Shown here piece after piece: positions 1 to 9,166 of a stretch of 64,000 nt of DNA. Every line of letters starts with the position of its first letter. Positions within the stretch are counted from its first letter, which is position 1. The stretch lies in IMG/VR virus record IMGVR_UViG_3300025913_000020, one strand, 5' to 3'. Origin of the DNA: a virus (taxonomy: Duplodnaviria; Heunggongvirae; Uroviricota; Caudoviricetes). The notes beneath the pieces are model-generated. The model saw only the letters and a list, made by a program, of their open reading frames with translations, searched no databases and was not told where the DNA came from. The translations under genes were made by a program, and so were the position numbers.

Positions 1-2
1 AC

Positions 3-218
3 ACCTTCAACATCTGGCGGCTGACCTCCACCAATGGGACTTCGTGGACTAACGATCACATGGTGCTTTACAGCGGATGCACGCCGTTCTGCGTGGCGCA
101 GACGCCCAATCAGCGATGGGTGGACACGAATCACTATTGGCTCTATTACGGCCTGGATGAGACGATCACCAACCCATCAGCCGAAATCCACGGCTGGTAC
201 ATGCAGGCCAATCCCTGA
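3..218 (+). CDS. 3-prime fragment of a BNR/Asp-box repeat protein (gene begins outside window)
   Basis: Stop-free frame from window edge to TGA 216-218; translation ...WRLTSTNGTSWTNDH...GLDETITNPSAEIHGWYMQANP contains an S-x-N-G-x-S-W Asp-box; not in ORF track only because no start lies in window; converges tail-to-tail with 219..1142. Confidence 0.35.
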   Translation, partial: TFNIWRLTSTNGTSWTNDHMVLYSGCTPFCVAQTPNQRWVDTNHYWLYYGLDETITNPSAEIHGWYMQANP

Positions 219-1142
219 TCATTGGTATTGACCGCCGTTGTTCGTGGTCCCGGAAGAATTGCCGGGGAAATAGGTCGCGCTTCCGGTGAGGGTGTGAATC
301 ACACCGTTCAGGTTTAGATTGAAGCGTGAACCGGTGGTCGAGCCAGTGAAGGTTACGTTGAACATGGCCACCACACCGGCATCGTCTGCGGCAGCGAAAG
401 CTGTGAAGGCAGGGGTGCCGGTGATGGTCACGGTGGGAGAGATCGTATCGTTGATGATCGAACCACGGGTGGCGTAGTAATGGTTCCCTGTACCGCCCGA
501 GATCGTATAATTTCCTGAGACGATGATGGCCGAGTTGTTGTTCGCAAACAGGTGAACTCCACCCGACTTGGCCGGTCCAAAGTTCATGCCGGTTCCCACC
601 GTCAGCGACGCACCCTGCGACATGATCACCGAGTTGCCGTTGGTGGCCCAAATCTTGAAGTTCTGAATCGTCCAACCGCTGATCGCGCCTGAGCCGCTGA
701 TACCGTCCCCAGAGGCAGGAGCCAGGAGCACGTTGGCAGGGGTGCCTGAATTACCGTTGATGTAATAAGAACCATTGCCCGCCACAGGCGGCAGCAGCAC
801 GTTTTCATTGTAGGTGCCGTCTGCGATCTGGATGACGTTGCTGCTACCAGGAGGAAACCAAGAGCCTGCAACCGTATAGACTGCCTTCTGGATCGTTTTG
901 AAAGCACCGCCTGCGGTGTTGTTGGTACCGGCGTTGGAATCACTGCCGTCAGTTCTGACGAAGTAAGTCAGAGATGAGGCCAGAGGCGCAAAATTCGTGC
1001 TTCCCGTGGCCAGAGACGCCACGCGAGCATCAACTTGTGCTACGGACTGAGTCGTGTAGGGGGTGTGCTGATATGGCGGCACCTGGGCGCTCACGTAGAA
1101 CGCCAGCATTGCCACTAACCAGATAAGTATAAACAGTTTCAT
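219..1142 (-). CDS. secreted Gly/Thr/Asn-rich fibre-like protein (receptor-binding/depolymerase accessory candidate)
   Basis: 307 aa; signal peptide MKLFILIWLVAMLAFYVSAQVPP; G/T/N/S-rich beta-type composition; last gene of minus operon 5983->219. Confidence 0.55.
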   Translation of the reverse strand: MKLFILIWLVAMLAFYVSAQVPPYQHTPYTTQSVAQVDARVASLATGSTNFAPLASSLTYFVRTDGSDSNAGTNNTAGGAFKTIQKAVYTVAGSWFPPGSSNVIQIADGTYNENVLLPPVAGNGSYYINGNSGTPANVLLAPASGDGISGSGAISGWTIQNFKIWATNGNSVIMSQGASLTVGTGMNFGPAKSGGVHLFANNNSAIIVSGNYTISGGTGNHYYATRGSIINDTISPTVTITGTPAFTAFAAADDAGVVAMFNVTFTGSTTGSRFNLNLNGVIHTLTGSATYFPGNSSGTTNNGGQYQ

Positions 1143-1153
1143 GCTTTAATTAC

Positions 1154-2878
1154 TCAATAATAGGTGATCTGAATCAGGTCGTGGTCGAACCAGAGGCTCG
1201 GGCTGTTCGGGTTCAGAGTGAAGGTGACGCGGAAAACATTGTTGGTCGTGGCGTTGAGCGTGGTCCGATTGCCGAAGATTCCGCCTGCGAATGCCGTCGA
1301 GCCGATGTTGCCGAATCCAACTGTGGGGAGAGTGCTCGATCCGTGCCACCAGGAACCCAAAAGGCTTTGAGCATTCAGCGACCCGCCTGCTTTGAGCGTG
1401 GCATTGAATTTATAGGGTCGGATGCCCGTGCCCTGGCCGAACTCAGTGGCATCCATCTGCTGATCGTAAATCACCGTGCTACCGAAATAAACGCGCACGC
1501 GGTTGGTCATCGTTGCCGCCGCGTTGTTCAGCATGAAGCCGGTCATGTCGAACTGATAGGCGTGGTTCCCGAACAGCGTGTTGGCCGGGATGGTGAAGTT
1601 GATCATGTCCGTCTCAGTCACTGTGTTGGTCACGCCGCCGATGGTGGTGTTGTACAGCAGCGTTTGCGGGAACAGTGGTTGCGCGAGGTTGGCGCTTCGA
1701 GTGACGAACCGAATCTCAGCCGTGGCGGGCACGGTCAGGTTGTTTGTATTGGAGAAATAATAAGGGATGATGCAGTCGCCGGACTGGCCGTAGCCAATCG
1801 GTGAGCCGTAGCCGCCGTCACCCTGGCCGGTGCAGATCGTCGCCAGCCGTTCGACTTTGGCATACAGCCAGACGTTGGTCAGGTTATTGTAAGTGTCCCA
1901 GGCGGAAACATCACGGGCTTCGAGAACCGTGGTCTCACGGTCACCGGTGACCAGGACGACGCGGCGACCGCTTGCTGAACCGTAGGCGTACATCGTGCAG
2001 GGCATCCCCTGGCTCGTGTTGAAGCCGAACGACACCGGCCCGTCTGTCACCCACGAAGTTCCGTTGTTGGTCGAGTGAAGCTGGTAGAAAATCAGGCTGC
2101 GATTGGCGAACGCCTGGTCACGCCGGACCATACAGAGCACGTTGCTATTACCCAGGTAGGCAAAAGTTGGCTCACGGAATCCACTGCTTGGGGAAGTCAC
2201 CATGAAGTTGGTCTGCCAGTTTGCGCCGTTGTCGTCCGAGGTCAGCGCATAGGTGACACTGGCGTCGAGGCTGTTACTGAAACCAGAATACCCCATGCAG
2301 AGGCGGTTATTAGCGAGTGTGATGATCGGGCCATTGGGAACGTTCGTATTGTCGTAACCGGTGAAGCTTTGAAAGGATGTGGCATTCACCCAGTTTGTGC
2401 CTCGGTTGTCAGAGAGTAGGATAACGGTATTCGTCACCACTCCAGCAGGTACGATCGTACCCGCGCTGGCTAGGATATAGCGACCGGACGCGGTGATCCC
2501 GAACGCAAACCCAGGTGCGGCCACGTCCACGGCACCGTTGGTGTAGATCATCAGCGGTGTGCTCCAGGAGTAGCCCTGGTTGGTTGAGCGGATCAGGTAA
2601 ATCGAGCGATTGGTGGCCAGGTGTCGGTTGCCCGCTGCAAAGACAGCGACGAAATCACCGTTGGTGTCGAGTGCCGTAAACGGCCAGGAATTGTAAGTGC
2701 CCCCAACGGCGGTGACGTTTGTCTGAAAGAAAAGCGGCACGGTCTGTTTGGCTACCGAAATCAGGTTGGGTGAGCTTTCTGCATTGGTAGTGGCTGAATT
2801 GTGCTGAAAGGGTGGCACCTGGGACAGCGCCGAAAATGTACAGAACAGTGCCGTTAAAAAGTAAACAATGGTTTTCAT
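1154..2878 (-). CDS. secreted BNR (Asp-box) repeat beta-propeller protein, sialidase/glycosidase-like
   Basis: Start placed at internal MKTIVYFLTALFCTFSALSQVPP signal peptide (track ORF extends to 2989); four S-x-D-x-G-x-T/S-W Asp-boxes: STNQGYSW, SDNRGTNW, SDDNGANW, STNNGTSW. Confidence 0.6.
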   Translation of the reverse strand: MKTIVYFLTALFCTFSALSQVPPFQHNSATTNAESSPNLISVAKQTVPLFFQTNVTAVGGTYNSWPFTALDTNGDFVAVFAAGNRHLATNRSIYLIRSTNQGYSWSTPLMIYTNGAVDVAAPGFAFGITASGRYILASAGTIVPAGVVTNTVILLSDNRGTNWVNATSFQSFTGYDNTNVPNGPIITLANNRLCMGYSGFSNSLDASVTYALTSDDNGANWQTNFMVTSPSSGFREPTFAYLGNSNVLCMVRRDQAFANRSLIFYQLHSTNNGTSWVTDGPVSFGFNTSQGMPCTMYAYGSASGRRVVLVTGDRETTVLEARDVSAWDTYNNLTNVWLYAKVERLATICTGQGDGGYGSPIGYGQSGDCIIPYYFSNTNNLTVPATAEIRFVTRSANLAQPLFPQTLLYNTTIGGVTNTVTETDMINFTIPANTLFGNHAYQFDMTGFMLNNAAATMTNRVRVYFGSTVIYDQQMDATEFGQGTGIRPYKFNATLKAGGSLNAQSLLGSWWHGSSTLPTVGFGNIGSTAFAGGIFGNRTTLNATTNNVFRVTFTLNPNSPSLWFDHDLIQITYY

Positions 2879-2880
2879 AG

Positions 2881-3096
2881 TTAGACAGAGGCCAGAAACC
2901 AGTCGGTGCTGCTGGTACCAGCCGTGGTTTTGTACCAGACCTTGCCTGCCTGAGCGCCGGTGCCGATGACAATTCCAGCTCCGGTGCAAGAGATGACGCC
3001 GGTCGGATCGACCGAGGAAGGAAAGGTAGTGCTGGCTGCCGTGGTCACCCCCTGGCCATCTGCTGCGTTTGGGTTCGGTACGTATGTCGGATTCAT
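2881..3096 (-). CDS. small Gly-rich hypothetical protein
   Basis: 71-aa frame MNPTYVPNPNAADGQG... filling 230-nt gap between 1154..2878 and 3111..4943; longer track ORF 2881..3297 overlaps upstream gene out of frame. Confidence 0.3.
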   Translation of the reverse strand: MNPTYVPNPNAADGQGVTTAASTTFPSSVDPTGVISCTGAGIVIGTGAQAGKVWYKTTAGTSSTDWFLASV

Positions 3097-3110
3097 GCTG
3101 TAAATACAGT

Positions 3111-4943
3111 TCAGTCTCCGAACACTTCGCTTTTGAATAGGGTCACTGAATTCCCCGCTCCCGTGCTCGTGTTGGTGAAGACGAAAAAGCCTCCAGCCGG
3201 AACGTAGCCGATCAGTTGTCGAAAGTCGCCGCCCTGCGCTGGAATGGATGCGCTGGTGTTGAAACCGACTGAGTTGGTGATCACGTTTGGAATCCACATC
3301 TGCATGGCCACGTTGCCTGATACGGTGGTCGAGATGAGCTGGACGATACCTGCCACTTCCCAGGGAGCGCCGGTGTTGTTCGTGTAAAACTGACCGCTCA
3401 CGAAGTTCGAGATGGCGATGAAGCCGTGGTTCATTGGGATATTGATCGTGAAGACGCCGTTGCTCAGTATCATCTTCGTGACATGGCCGACTTGAAATTG
3501 AAGCTGCGAGGCAGCGGCGGTTCCACCTTCGATTTGAGGAGCGTTGATCGTCAGGCTATTGGTGCCGTTACTGAGGAGGGCAAAGTTGGTGGCAAGCTGC
3601 ACCGGATCATTGAAGCTGCCAGGTCCGAGCCAAATGCCTGAAAAGTTCTGGAACGGTTGCAAATAAACGCCTGCATTGAAGACACCGGCTTTGTTGAAAT
3701 CTTTAATCGTCAGCAGGTAGTTGTTGTCCACGTCATTGGTTTGGAGCGGCTTCACCTGCATCCGATGGAAGGATCGAGAGTTGGCATTGAAGAACAGCAC
3801 GTTGGTCGTAGTGCCACTCGGCACGGTGAACGTATCGGCTGCTCCCACGCCTGAGTCCACCGCAGCAAAATTGATGATGCCCCGCAGGACGGAGTTGGTG
3901 TCCCAGAAATCCGCCACGGTGTTGGCCCACGCTCCGCCTGCCGGAAGGACTGAGTGCTCGACGGCGTACATGTCCCAGTCCAGACGCTGAACGAATCCAC
4001 CTGTGGGTCCACCGATGACGCCGATCGTACATCCGCTGGTGACCGTATGCCCCATGTGAATGCCGTGGGTGCCGCCAGGGAAGTACCAGCCTTTGTTACA
4101 CATCCAGACACGAGCGTCGTCCACGTCCGAGTGCTCGTTCAGTTCGTAGCCCACGTCGAAGCCGCGCACGTCCACGTTGTGAATCTCGCTGATCACCCAG
4201 TTATTGATGGTCGGCGTGATGATGCCTACTGAAGCGTGCGTAGGCTGACTCTGCTGGCCGCCTGGCTGGCCGGTGTCCACCACACAGTCGCGGATCGCGA
4301 CCTGGCCGACATATTGAAGGTTGAGCGGCGTGGTTTGCGGGTTGTCGTAAGCTCGGAAGGTAAGACGTTCCAGTTTCAGATACACTGCGCTGAGATTGAT
4401 GGAGCTGCCGCTTGGTCCGGCTGTTCCGATGATCGTGTAACTGGGGTCAATCGGGATGTTGGTGGAGATGATGATCGCACCATTGGTGTTAATCACCGGC
4501 AGCACTCCATTGTTCCAGACTGTGTTGAGTGTCGGATCAGTAACGCCTCGGATGGTGATCGGGCAGATGGTCTGATTGATCAGGCTGCGAACCGGCAGAT
4601 GGAGCTGGCTGTGGTTGAGGCCCGAGATTGAACCCGCGCATTCTGTGAACGACCCGTTGATCAGGTAAAGCCCGTCTGGGACTATGATCGTGCCGCCGAC
4701 ACCGTTGTTGGTCAGAGAGTCGATGGCTGACTGGAAGGCCGCCGTATCATCAGTGACGCCATCGCCCTTGGCACCGAACGCCCGCACGTTCACTTCTCGC
4801 GGCCAGTAGCTGAAGATATTCAAGATGCTTTTGAAAGCGGCATCGAGGTTGGACCCAAGGAAGCCGTTGATGGGTGTGAGTGCGCCGATGCAGATGAGGC
4901 CGATGGCGATCAGGATGCCGAGAAATAGTTTTTTGATTTTCAT
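3111..4943 (-). CDS. right-handed beta-helix (pectate-lyase fold) depolymerase/tailspike-like protein with N-terminal signal/anchor
   Basis: 610 aa; hydrophobic N-terminus MKIKKLFLGILIAIGLICIGAL; VRAFGAKGDGVTDDTAAFQSAI motif typical of pectate_lyase_3 / tailspike / polygalacturonase-like beta-helices; ATGA overlap with 4940..5983. Confidence 0.65.
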   Translation of the reverse strand: MKIKKLFLGILIAIGLICIGALTPINGFLGSNLDAAFKSILNIFSYWPREVNVRAFGAKGDGVTDDTAAFQSAIDSLTNNGVGGTIIVPDGLYLINGSFTECAGSISGLNHSQLHLPVRSLINQTICPITIRGVTDPTLNTVWNNGVLPVINTNGAIIISTNIPIDPSYTIIGTAGPSGSSINLSAVYLKLERLTFRAYDNPQTTPLNLQYVGQVAIRDCVVDTGQPGGQQSQPTHASVGIITPTINNWVISEIHNVDVRGFDVGYELNEHSDVDDARVWMCNKGWYFPGGTHGIHMGHTVTSGCTIGVIGGPTGGFVQRLDWDMYAVEHSVLPAGGAWANTVADFWDTNSVLRGIINFAAVDSGVGAADTFTVPSGTTTNVLFFNANSRSFHRMQVKPLQTNDVDNNYLLTIKDFNKAGVFNAGVYLQPFQNFSGIWLGPGSFNDPVQLATNFALLSNGTNSLTINAPQIEGGTAAASQLQFQVGHVTKMILSNGVFTINIPMNHGFIAISNFVSGQFYTNNTGAPWEVAGIVQLISTTVSGNVAMQMWIPNVITNSVGFNTSASIPAQGGDFRQLIGYVPAGGFFVFTNTSTGAGNSVTLFKSEVFGD

Positions 4944-5983
4944 TTGCGAATCATGAAGTGGAGTCGGTAATTGGCGCTGTCTGTCACACCGTTAAGTGAG
5001 GCAACGAATCCATCCGTGGTGGGCTGACCGACCCAGGTGGGCCAGAGGTTCAGGCTGTTGACATCCGGCATGGCGATGTTGCCTGTCACACAGGATGGAG
5101 TGAACGGTAGGTTGAGGCCACCAACGTAAACAAAATTGGTTCCGTTAGGGATGGCGATGTTCGTGCCGAAAGTGGTGCCCGCTGACAACAGGACCAGCGT
5201 GGACGCGACCGCGTTGGTACCGGCGATGGCGATTCCCAGGGCTTCGCGTGCGATGTTGGTTCCGTCGATGGCGATACTCAGCGCTTCCCGCGCCAGGTTG
5301 GTGCCCTGTATTGCAATGCTGAGAGCTTCGTTGGCGAGATTCGTCCCGGCCACCGCGATGATCGTGTTGCCGTTGACTCCTGAGATCGCGCTGTTAGCTG
5401 TAGCCTGGGCCGCAGCGGCGGCGTTTAAGGCATTGGTGCCAACGTTTGTTCCGATCTGAGCGAGAGCGTACGCGGCGTTAGCTCGATTGGTACCGGCGAC
5501 CGAGATCGTCATTACACCGTTCACGCCACTGATCGCGCTCTGAGCATCTGCTTCAGCCTGAGCAGCAGCGTTCAGTGCGTTGGTTCCAACGTTGGTGCCG
5601 ATGGCGGCGAGATTGTAAGCTCCCGTGGCGCTCTGGCCCAGGGCCTGCATCGCGAGATTGATGGCGTTGGTGCCAACGTTTGTGCCGATGCACGCGAGGC
5701 TGTAGGCGGCGTTCGCAAGCGCGAGCGCTTGCGGGCCAACGTCCGGTGCGGGCGGCGTTGGCGGATCAGGCTTGAACAGAATGAGATCAGACCAGGACCC
5801 GCTGCCCTGCGGGACTGTGCCGTAATTCTGAATTAAAACGATGAAATTGCCGTTGCCGTAGGATGCAACGTCACGAGGCGGCACGTACGTTCCGGCTGGC
5901 ATCCACGTGCCTGTGAAGTTCAGGTCCGTGGAGCTGACGTAGGTCGTGTTGCCGTTTAGGTTCGCGTACGCGTAGATCGCCAC
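4940..5983 (-). CDS. tail-fibre-like protein with tandem IGTNVGTNALNAA repeats
   Basis: 347 aa, GTG start; at least 6 imperfect tandem repeats (IGTNVGTNA / AGTNLANEALSIAI); first gene of minus operon, about 20 nt downstream of palindromic motif 6005-6016. Confidence 0.55.
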   Translation of the reverse strand: MAIYAYANLNGNTTYVSSTDLNFTGTWMPAGTYVPPRDVASYGNGNFIVLIQNYGTVPQGSGSWSDLILFKPDPPTPPAPDVGPQALALANAAYSLACIGTNVGTNAINLAMQALGQSATGAYNLAAIGTNVGTNALNAAAQAEADAQSAISGVNGVMTISVAGTNRANAAYALAQIGTNVGTNALNAAAAAQATANSAISGVNGNTIIAVAGTNLANEALSIAIQGTNLAREALSIAIDGTNIAREALGIAIAGTNAVASTLVLLSAGTTFGTNIAIPNGTNFVYVGGLNLPFTPSCVTGNIAMPDVNSLNLWPTWVGQPTTDGFVASLNGVTDSANYRLHFMIRK

Positions 5984-6000
5984 GCCTTAAATACGGAAAT

Positions 6001-6020
6001 AAAAATTGTTTACAATTCAC
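6001..6020. promoter_or_regulatory. palindromic AT-rich promoter/operator motif AAAAATTGTTTACAATTCAC in divergent region (serves minus operon 5983 and plus gene 6045)
   Basis: 60-nt divergent intergenic; core TGTTTACA palindrome flanked by A-run and T-run; family member (see other sites). Confidence 0.55.
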
Positions 6021-6044
6021 TTATAGAGCAATACTCTTAAGTCA

Positions 6045-6266
6045 ATGAATGCTTTGACCACCGGAATGTTCATTCGCGTGCGCGCTGACCATGAGAATAC
6101 GGCACGCGCTGGCCTCGACGGAATGGTCATGGCCAACAGCCCAGAGGGCGAATCCATGGTCGGTCTGTTCTTCTGGTGTGACCGTCATAACAATTTTCAG
6201 CGCTGCTACTGCGTCGGCACCGAAGCCTGGGACAAAAGCGAACTGGACTTTGCGACGGTTGAATAA
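6045..6266 (+). CDS. hypothetical protein (73 aa)
   Basis: first gene of plus block; ATG 26 nt after motif; no SD. Confidence 0.45.
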   Translation: MNALTTGMFIRVRADHENTARAGLDGMVMANSPEGESMVGLFFWCDRHNNFQRCYCVGTEAWDKSELDFATVE

Positions 6267-6280
6267 AAGTTTACAATTTC
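6265..6280 (+). promoter_or_regulatory. partial motif copy AAAAGTTTACAATTTC ending 1 nt before ATG 6282
   Basis: half-site GTTTACAATTT between stop of 6045..6266 and start of 6282..6707. Confidence 0.3.
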
Positions 6281-6281
6281 G

Positions 6282-6707
6282 ATGAAACCTATTCCTGATC
6301 ACCTGATCCATAATACTGCCGCGCTACTCGAACGAACCTTGTTCGCGGTCGAGGCTACGAGCTTTGAGCAATTTTGCCTGTGGGAACAGCACGCCAAAGG
6401 CAGCTTGCACCGGATTCACCGTGAGCTGCACTGGGAGCAGATGAGTCCTGGCTGGATGGAACAGGTCGGTAAAATCGGCAGGTGTCCCTGCATGATAGAA
6501 CTCTCCTGGGCCGAGATCGACGGTCAGATTATTTTGTTCTGGCATCAGTGCAGTGCAGTGACCGATTCACGCCAGGCCGAAGCCTGGTTCGAAAAGAATT
6601 TTAAGAAGAAGTGGGATGGCGGCACACGTCGCGCCATGATCGACGCCCAGAACTTCGGCCACTGCCTGTCAGCGATCAAAGAAGCCAATTTAGCCACCCA
6701 TGCCTGA
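6282..6707 (+). CDS. hypothetical protein (141 aa)
   Basis: complete ORF, operon context. Confidence 0.5.
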   Translation: MKPIPDHLIHNTAALLERTLFAVEATSFEQFCLWEQHAKGSLHRIHRELHWEQMSPGWMEQVGKIGRCPCMIELSWAEIDGQIILFWHQCSAVTDSRQAEAWFEKNFKKKWDGGTRRAMIDAQNFGHCLSAIKEANLATHA

Positions 6708-6918
6708 ATCCTCTGAAATCGTTCAATACGAATACGCGCTCGAAGTCAGAGACGCGCTCGGTCACTGGTGCCGCCTGCGCGATACCAAACCGTCTTTGAG
6801 GCTGATGCAACTGCATCTGGAAGTGATCTGGGGCAAGAACATTCCGAAGGACGGCATTCGTATCATCGAGCTGAAATCTACCGAGCGCATCCTGCAACGT
6901 GAGCTGTGGACCGTCTAG
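6700..6918 (+). CDS. hypothetical protein (72 aa)
   Basis: 8-nt overlap with upstream gene. Confidence 0.4.
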   Translation: MPESSEIVQYEYALEVRDALGHWCRLRDTKPSLRLMQLHLEVIWGKNIPKDGIRIIELKSTERILQRELWTV

Positions 6919-7129
6919 CATGAGCACCGAGGCAAATCCATCTATTCCCATGCAGCTCGAAGCCGCCATGAAGCAGGCCGGGCTGAATCGGCTCGACATG
7001 GCGCTGGCGCTGAAGACGCATCCGTCTGCGGTTACGAAATGGCTGAAGCCCGAGTCCAACATGACCATCAGCACGCTGAAGCGGTTCTGCGACGTGCTCA
7101 GCCTGGATGTAAAACTGATCAAACTATGA
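6899..7129 (+). CDS. XRE-family helix-turn-helix transcriptional regulator
   Basis: AGLNRLDMALALKTHPSAVTKWLKPESNMTISTLKRFCDVLSLD fits Cro/C1-type HTH; true start may be internal Met at 6920. Confidence 0.6.
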   Translation: MSCGPSSMSTEANPSIPMQLEAAMKQAGLNRLDMALALKTHPSAVTKWLKPESNMTISTLKRFCDVLSLDVKLIKL

Positions 7130-7347
7130 GAAAATTTCTATTTGTGCTCAGCGCGACTGCTGTCAAACCAGGTGAGACGTTCGGACCCGTCAACACGAAC
7201 ATCACCAAGGAAATCCACGGCCTGCTCCCCAATGAAAAAGAGCTGTACCAGGTGCGCTACCAGTTCTTCGATTTCCTGTCCAAGAAGGGCTACTCGCTGC
7301 TCATGGACCAGGTTATCATCCTGGGCTTTTACCAGATCGAGTCATGA
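7126..7347 (+). CDS. hypothetical protein (73 aa)
   Basis: start at MRKFLFVLSA, ATGA overlap with stop 7129; N-terminal extension of track ORF 7039..7347 rejected. Confidence 0.45.
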   Translation: MRKFLFVLSATAVKPGETFGPVNTNITKEIHGLLPNEKELYQVRYQFFDFLSKKGYSLLMDQVIILGFYQIES

Positions 7348-7736
7348 TTTACACGCCCGAGCACATCACTCATCTCGAAGACAACGAAGTGTTTGTCTTT
7401 GGATCGAATCGAGCTGGCCGCCACGGCATGGGCGCGGCGCTCACGGCCAAGGAGCTGTTCGAAGCTGAGTATGGCGTCGGCGAAGGTCCTACGGGCCAGT
7501 GCTACGCGCTGCCGACGAAAGGCCGGTCGTTGCGCACGCTGACCCTCGCCGAGATCGACGGCTCTATCCAGAGATTTCTGGAACATGCCACGGCGCACCC
7601 GAAGAAGACATTCCTGGTGACCAAGATCGGTTGCGGTCTCGCTGGTTATGCGCCCGAGGTCATCGGTCGTCTGTTCTTCAAGTCCGGCGCGCTGCCTGCC
7701 AACGTTGTGCTACCAAAAGAATTCCATACGCAATGA
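7344..7736 (+). CDS. Rossmann-like protein, tentatively SLOG/LOG-DprA-superfamily-like
   Basis: 130 aa; strand-glycine motif VFVFGSNRAGRHGMGAA and later GCGLAG loop; ATGA overlap upstream. Confidence 0.5.
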   Translation: MIYTPEHITHLEDNEVFVFGSNRAGRHGMGAALTAKELFEAEYGVGEGPTGQCYALPTKGRSLRTLTLAEIDGSIQRFLEHATAHPKKTFLVTKIGCGLAGYAPEVIGRLFFKSGALPANVVLPKEFHTQ

Positions 7737-7960
7737 GCTTTGTGCTGCCAGACGTAATCTTTTATTTTCCGCCGGTACCTGTGCGCCGTGGGATGCGTGA
7801 CTACGCCCACGATCAGACCGTAAACAGATGGGCATGGGATCGTGGCTGGCTACCCAAAGACGCGAAAGGCCAGATCGAAGTTTATCCTGGTCAGCGTGCT
7901 GAAGTATGGGGCGGTATCGCCAGGAATTGCCAGCAATACCTGGCACTTAAGTTTGTATGA
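7733..7960 (+). CDS. hypothetical protein (75 aa)
   Basis: internal ATG MSFVLPDV with ATGA overlap to 7736 stop. Confidence 0.4.
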   Translation: MSFVLPDVIFYFPPVPVRRGMRDYAHDQTVNRWAWDRGWLPKDAKGQIEVYPGQRAEVWGGIARNCQQYLALKFV

Positions 7961-8211
7961 TCCAGCTTGATGGCAAAATTGATGAGAAGCGACTGCGGCA
8001 ATTCGCCAGCCAGGTGAAGCATATTCCGCCGCACGCGTTGCACGTTATCCACGAGATGATGTGCAAGGATCAGAGTCCTGAGTTTTATCACGGCCAGATG
8101 GCGGCGCTCCAGTTTGCTCATCAGCTCATGGCAGGAACACAGAGTCAGAACACGGTGGGCGCGACGATGGCTGTGGTCGCCAAGCACATCGTGGACAACG
8201 GATGGTGGTGA
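7957..8211 (+). CDS. hypothetical protein (84 aa)
   Basis: ATGA overlap with 7960. Confidence 0.45.
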   Translation: MIQLDGKIDEKRLRQFASQVKHIPPHALHVIHEMMCKDQSPEFYHGQMAALQFAHQLMAGTQSQNTVGATMAVVAKHIVDNGWW

Positions 8212-8434
8212 TATGAATAACACGAGCAATTACATCGTTTGTCCCAACTGCCACGGTAAACTCCGTGAAGGAGAGGCCAAGTTTCAGCAGGTGGCGGGCG
8301 AGCCTCTTTTCGATATGACCTGCCTGAAGTGCAGCCATCGCTGGCGAGCACATCATCGTGATTTCAAACGCGATCTTTCTACGGACCCGAGCCGTAATCC
8401 ATTCAACCCAGTCAACATCACACCCAGGTTTTAA
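8212..8434 (+). CDS. zinc-ribbon protein (CPNC...CLKC)
   Basis: 74 aa from MNNTSNYIVCPNCHGK; two CxxC pairs. Confidence 0.45.
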
Positions 8435-8435
8435 T

Positions 8436-8771
8436 ATGAGTGACGATGGACCAGCAGATTTAATGAAGCTCGGCAAGCACGTGGACGAGTTCATCGAGGA
8501 GATGGAAGGACCGGCCACGCCTGAAATGGGCAATGTGGTGTACGCTCGATGGTTCTTCTTGCTTGCCCGTCTTCCGGCCTTCATGCAGATGCAGTTCGAG
8601 CCGTGGATTCAGCAATACAAACTGTTCTGCACCTTTGAAGGAAAGCGGTACCGTTGCACCGGTGCCAGCCGGATGGGTGACGTGTGGCTGGCCAAGGACT
8701 TCGAGCGCAGGCAAGGGTATGACTTGCGCGTTGATCTCGTCAAATGCACCCACTGGAGCGGCACGCCATGA
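8436..8771 (+). CDS. hypothetical protein (111 aa)
   Basis: start MSDDGPADLMKLGK. Confidence 0.45.
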   Translation: MSDDGPADLMKLGKHVDEFIEEMEGPATPEMGNVVYARWFFLLARLPAFMQMQFEPWIQQYKLFCTFEGKRYRCTGASRMGDVWLAKDFERRQGYDLRVDLVKCTHWSGTP

Positions 8772-9166
8772 CCTGTGACCAATGCGGAAAAGAATTTGAC
8801 CCGGCCAAGCTCGATGAAGTGATGTTTCACGCCGGAGACCACACGCCCATCGTCGCGACCGGAATCGAAGGCCACCAGGTGGAGCAGCCGGACACCGACG
8901 ATCTGCTCAGTGTTCAGCATCTGTCCCGGTCTCATCGAACAACGATGACGCAGAACCAGCGTAAAGAACTGGTTCGCATTCTTTCGATGGCGTTCGAAAA
9001 AGACAAACCGTACCTGACTCTCGAACAGCTCGCGGGAATGAATGATCGACAGGTTGGTCTCGCGTGGCTGCGGATGTGCGACTATATCACTGAAGGCCAG
9101 TATCAGCGTGAGTTTGAAGCGTGCGTGGGTTTACCTGTTTTTCTAACCAGAGATCGACATGAGTGA
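8768..9166 (+). CDS. hypothetical zinc-binding protein
   Basis: start MTCDQCGKEF, ATGA overlap with 8771. Confidence 0.45.
   Translation: MTCDQCGKEFDPAKLDEVMFHAGDHTPIVATGIEGHQVEQPDTDDLLSVQHLSRSHRTTMTQNQRKELVRILSMAFEKDKPYLTLEQLAGMNDRQVGLAWLRMCDYITEGQYQREFEACVGLPVFLTRDRHE

Noticed and set aside
166-943. Track ORFs 166..675 and 626..943 on the minus strand, and 34..231 on the plus strand
   Set aside because: They lie in alternative frames fully inside the 219..1142 gene or the 3..218 fragment. The high GC keeps such frames open; no independent signal supports them.
1181-2419. Plus-strand ORFs 1181..1804, 1578..1760 and 2075..2419, antisense to the BNR gene
   Set aside because: They run antisense to a gene with strong Asp-box motifs and have compositionally odd Arg/Gly/Val-rich translations.
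2860-2880. Motif-like ATTGTTTAC strings inside coding regions (2868 in MKTIVYF, 11013 in KIVNV, 62526 and 63446 in terL)
   Set aside because: They encode Ile-Val-Asn or Ile-Val-Tyr and lack the flanking A/T runs or sit mid-gene, so are probably coincidental. The 47051 copy was kept as a finding because an in-frame ATG and a domain boundary follow it.
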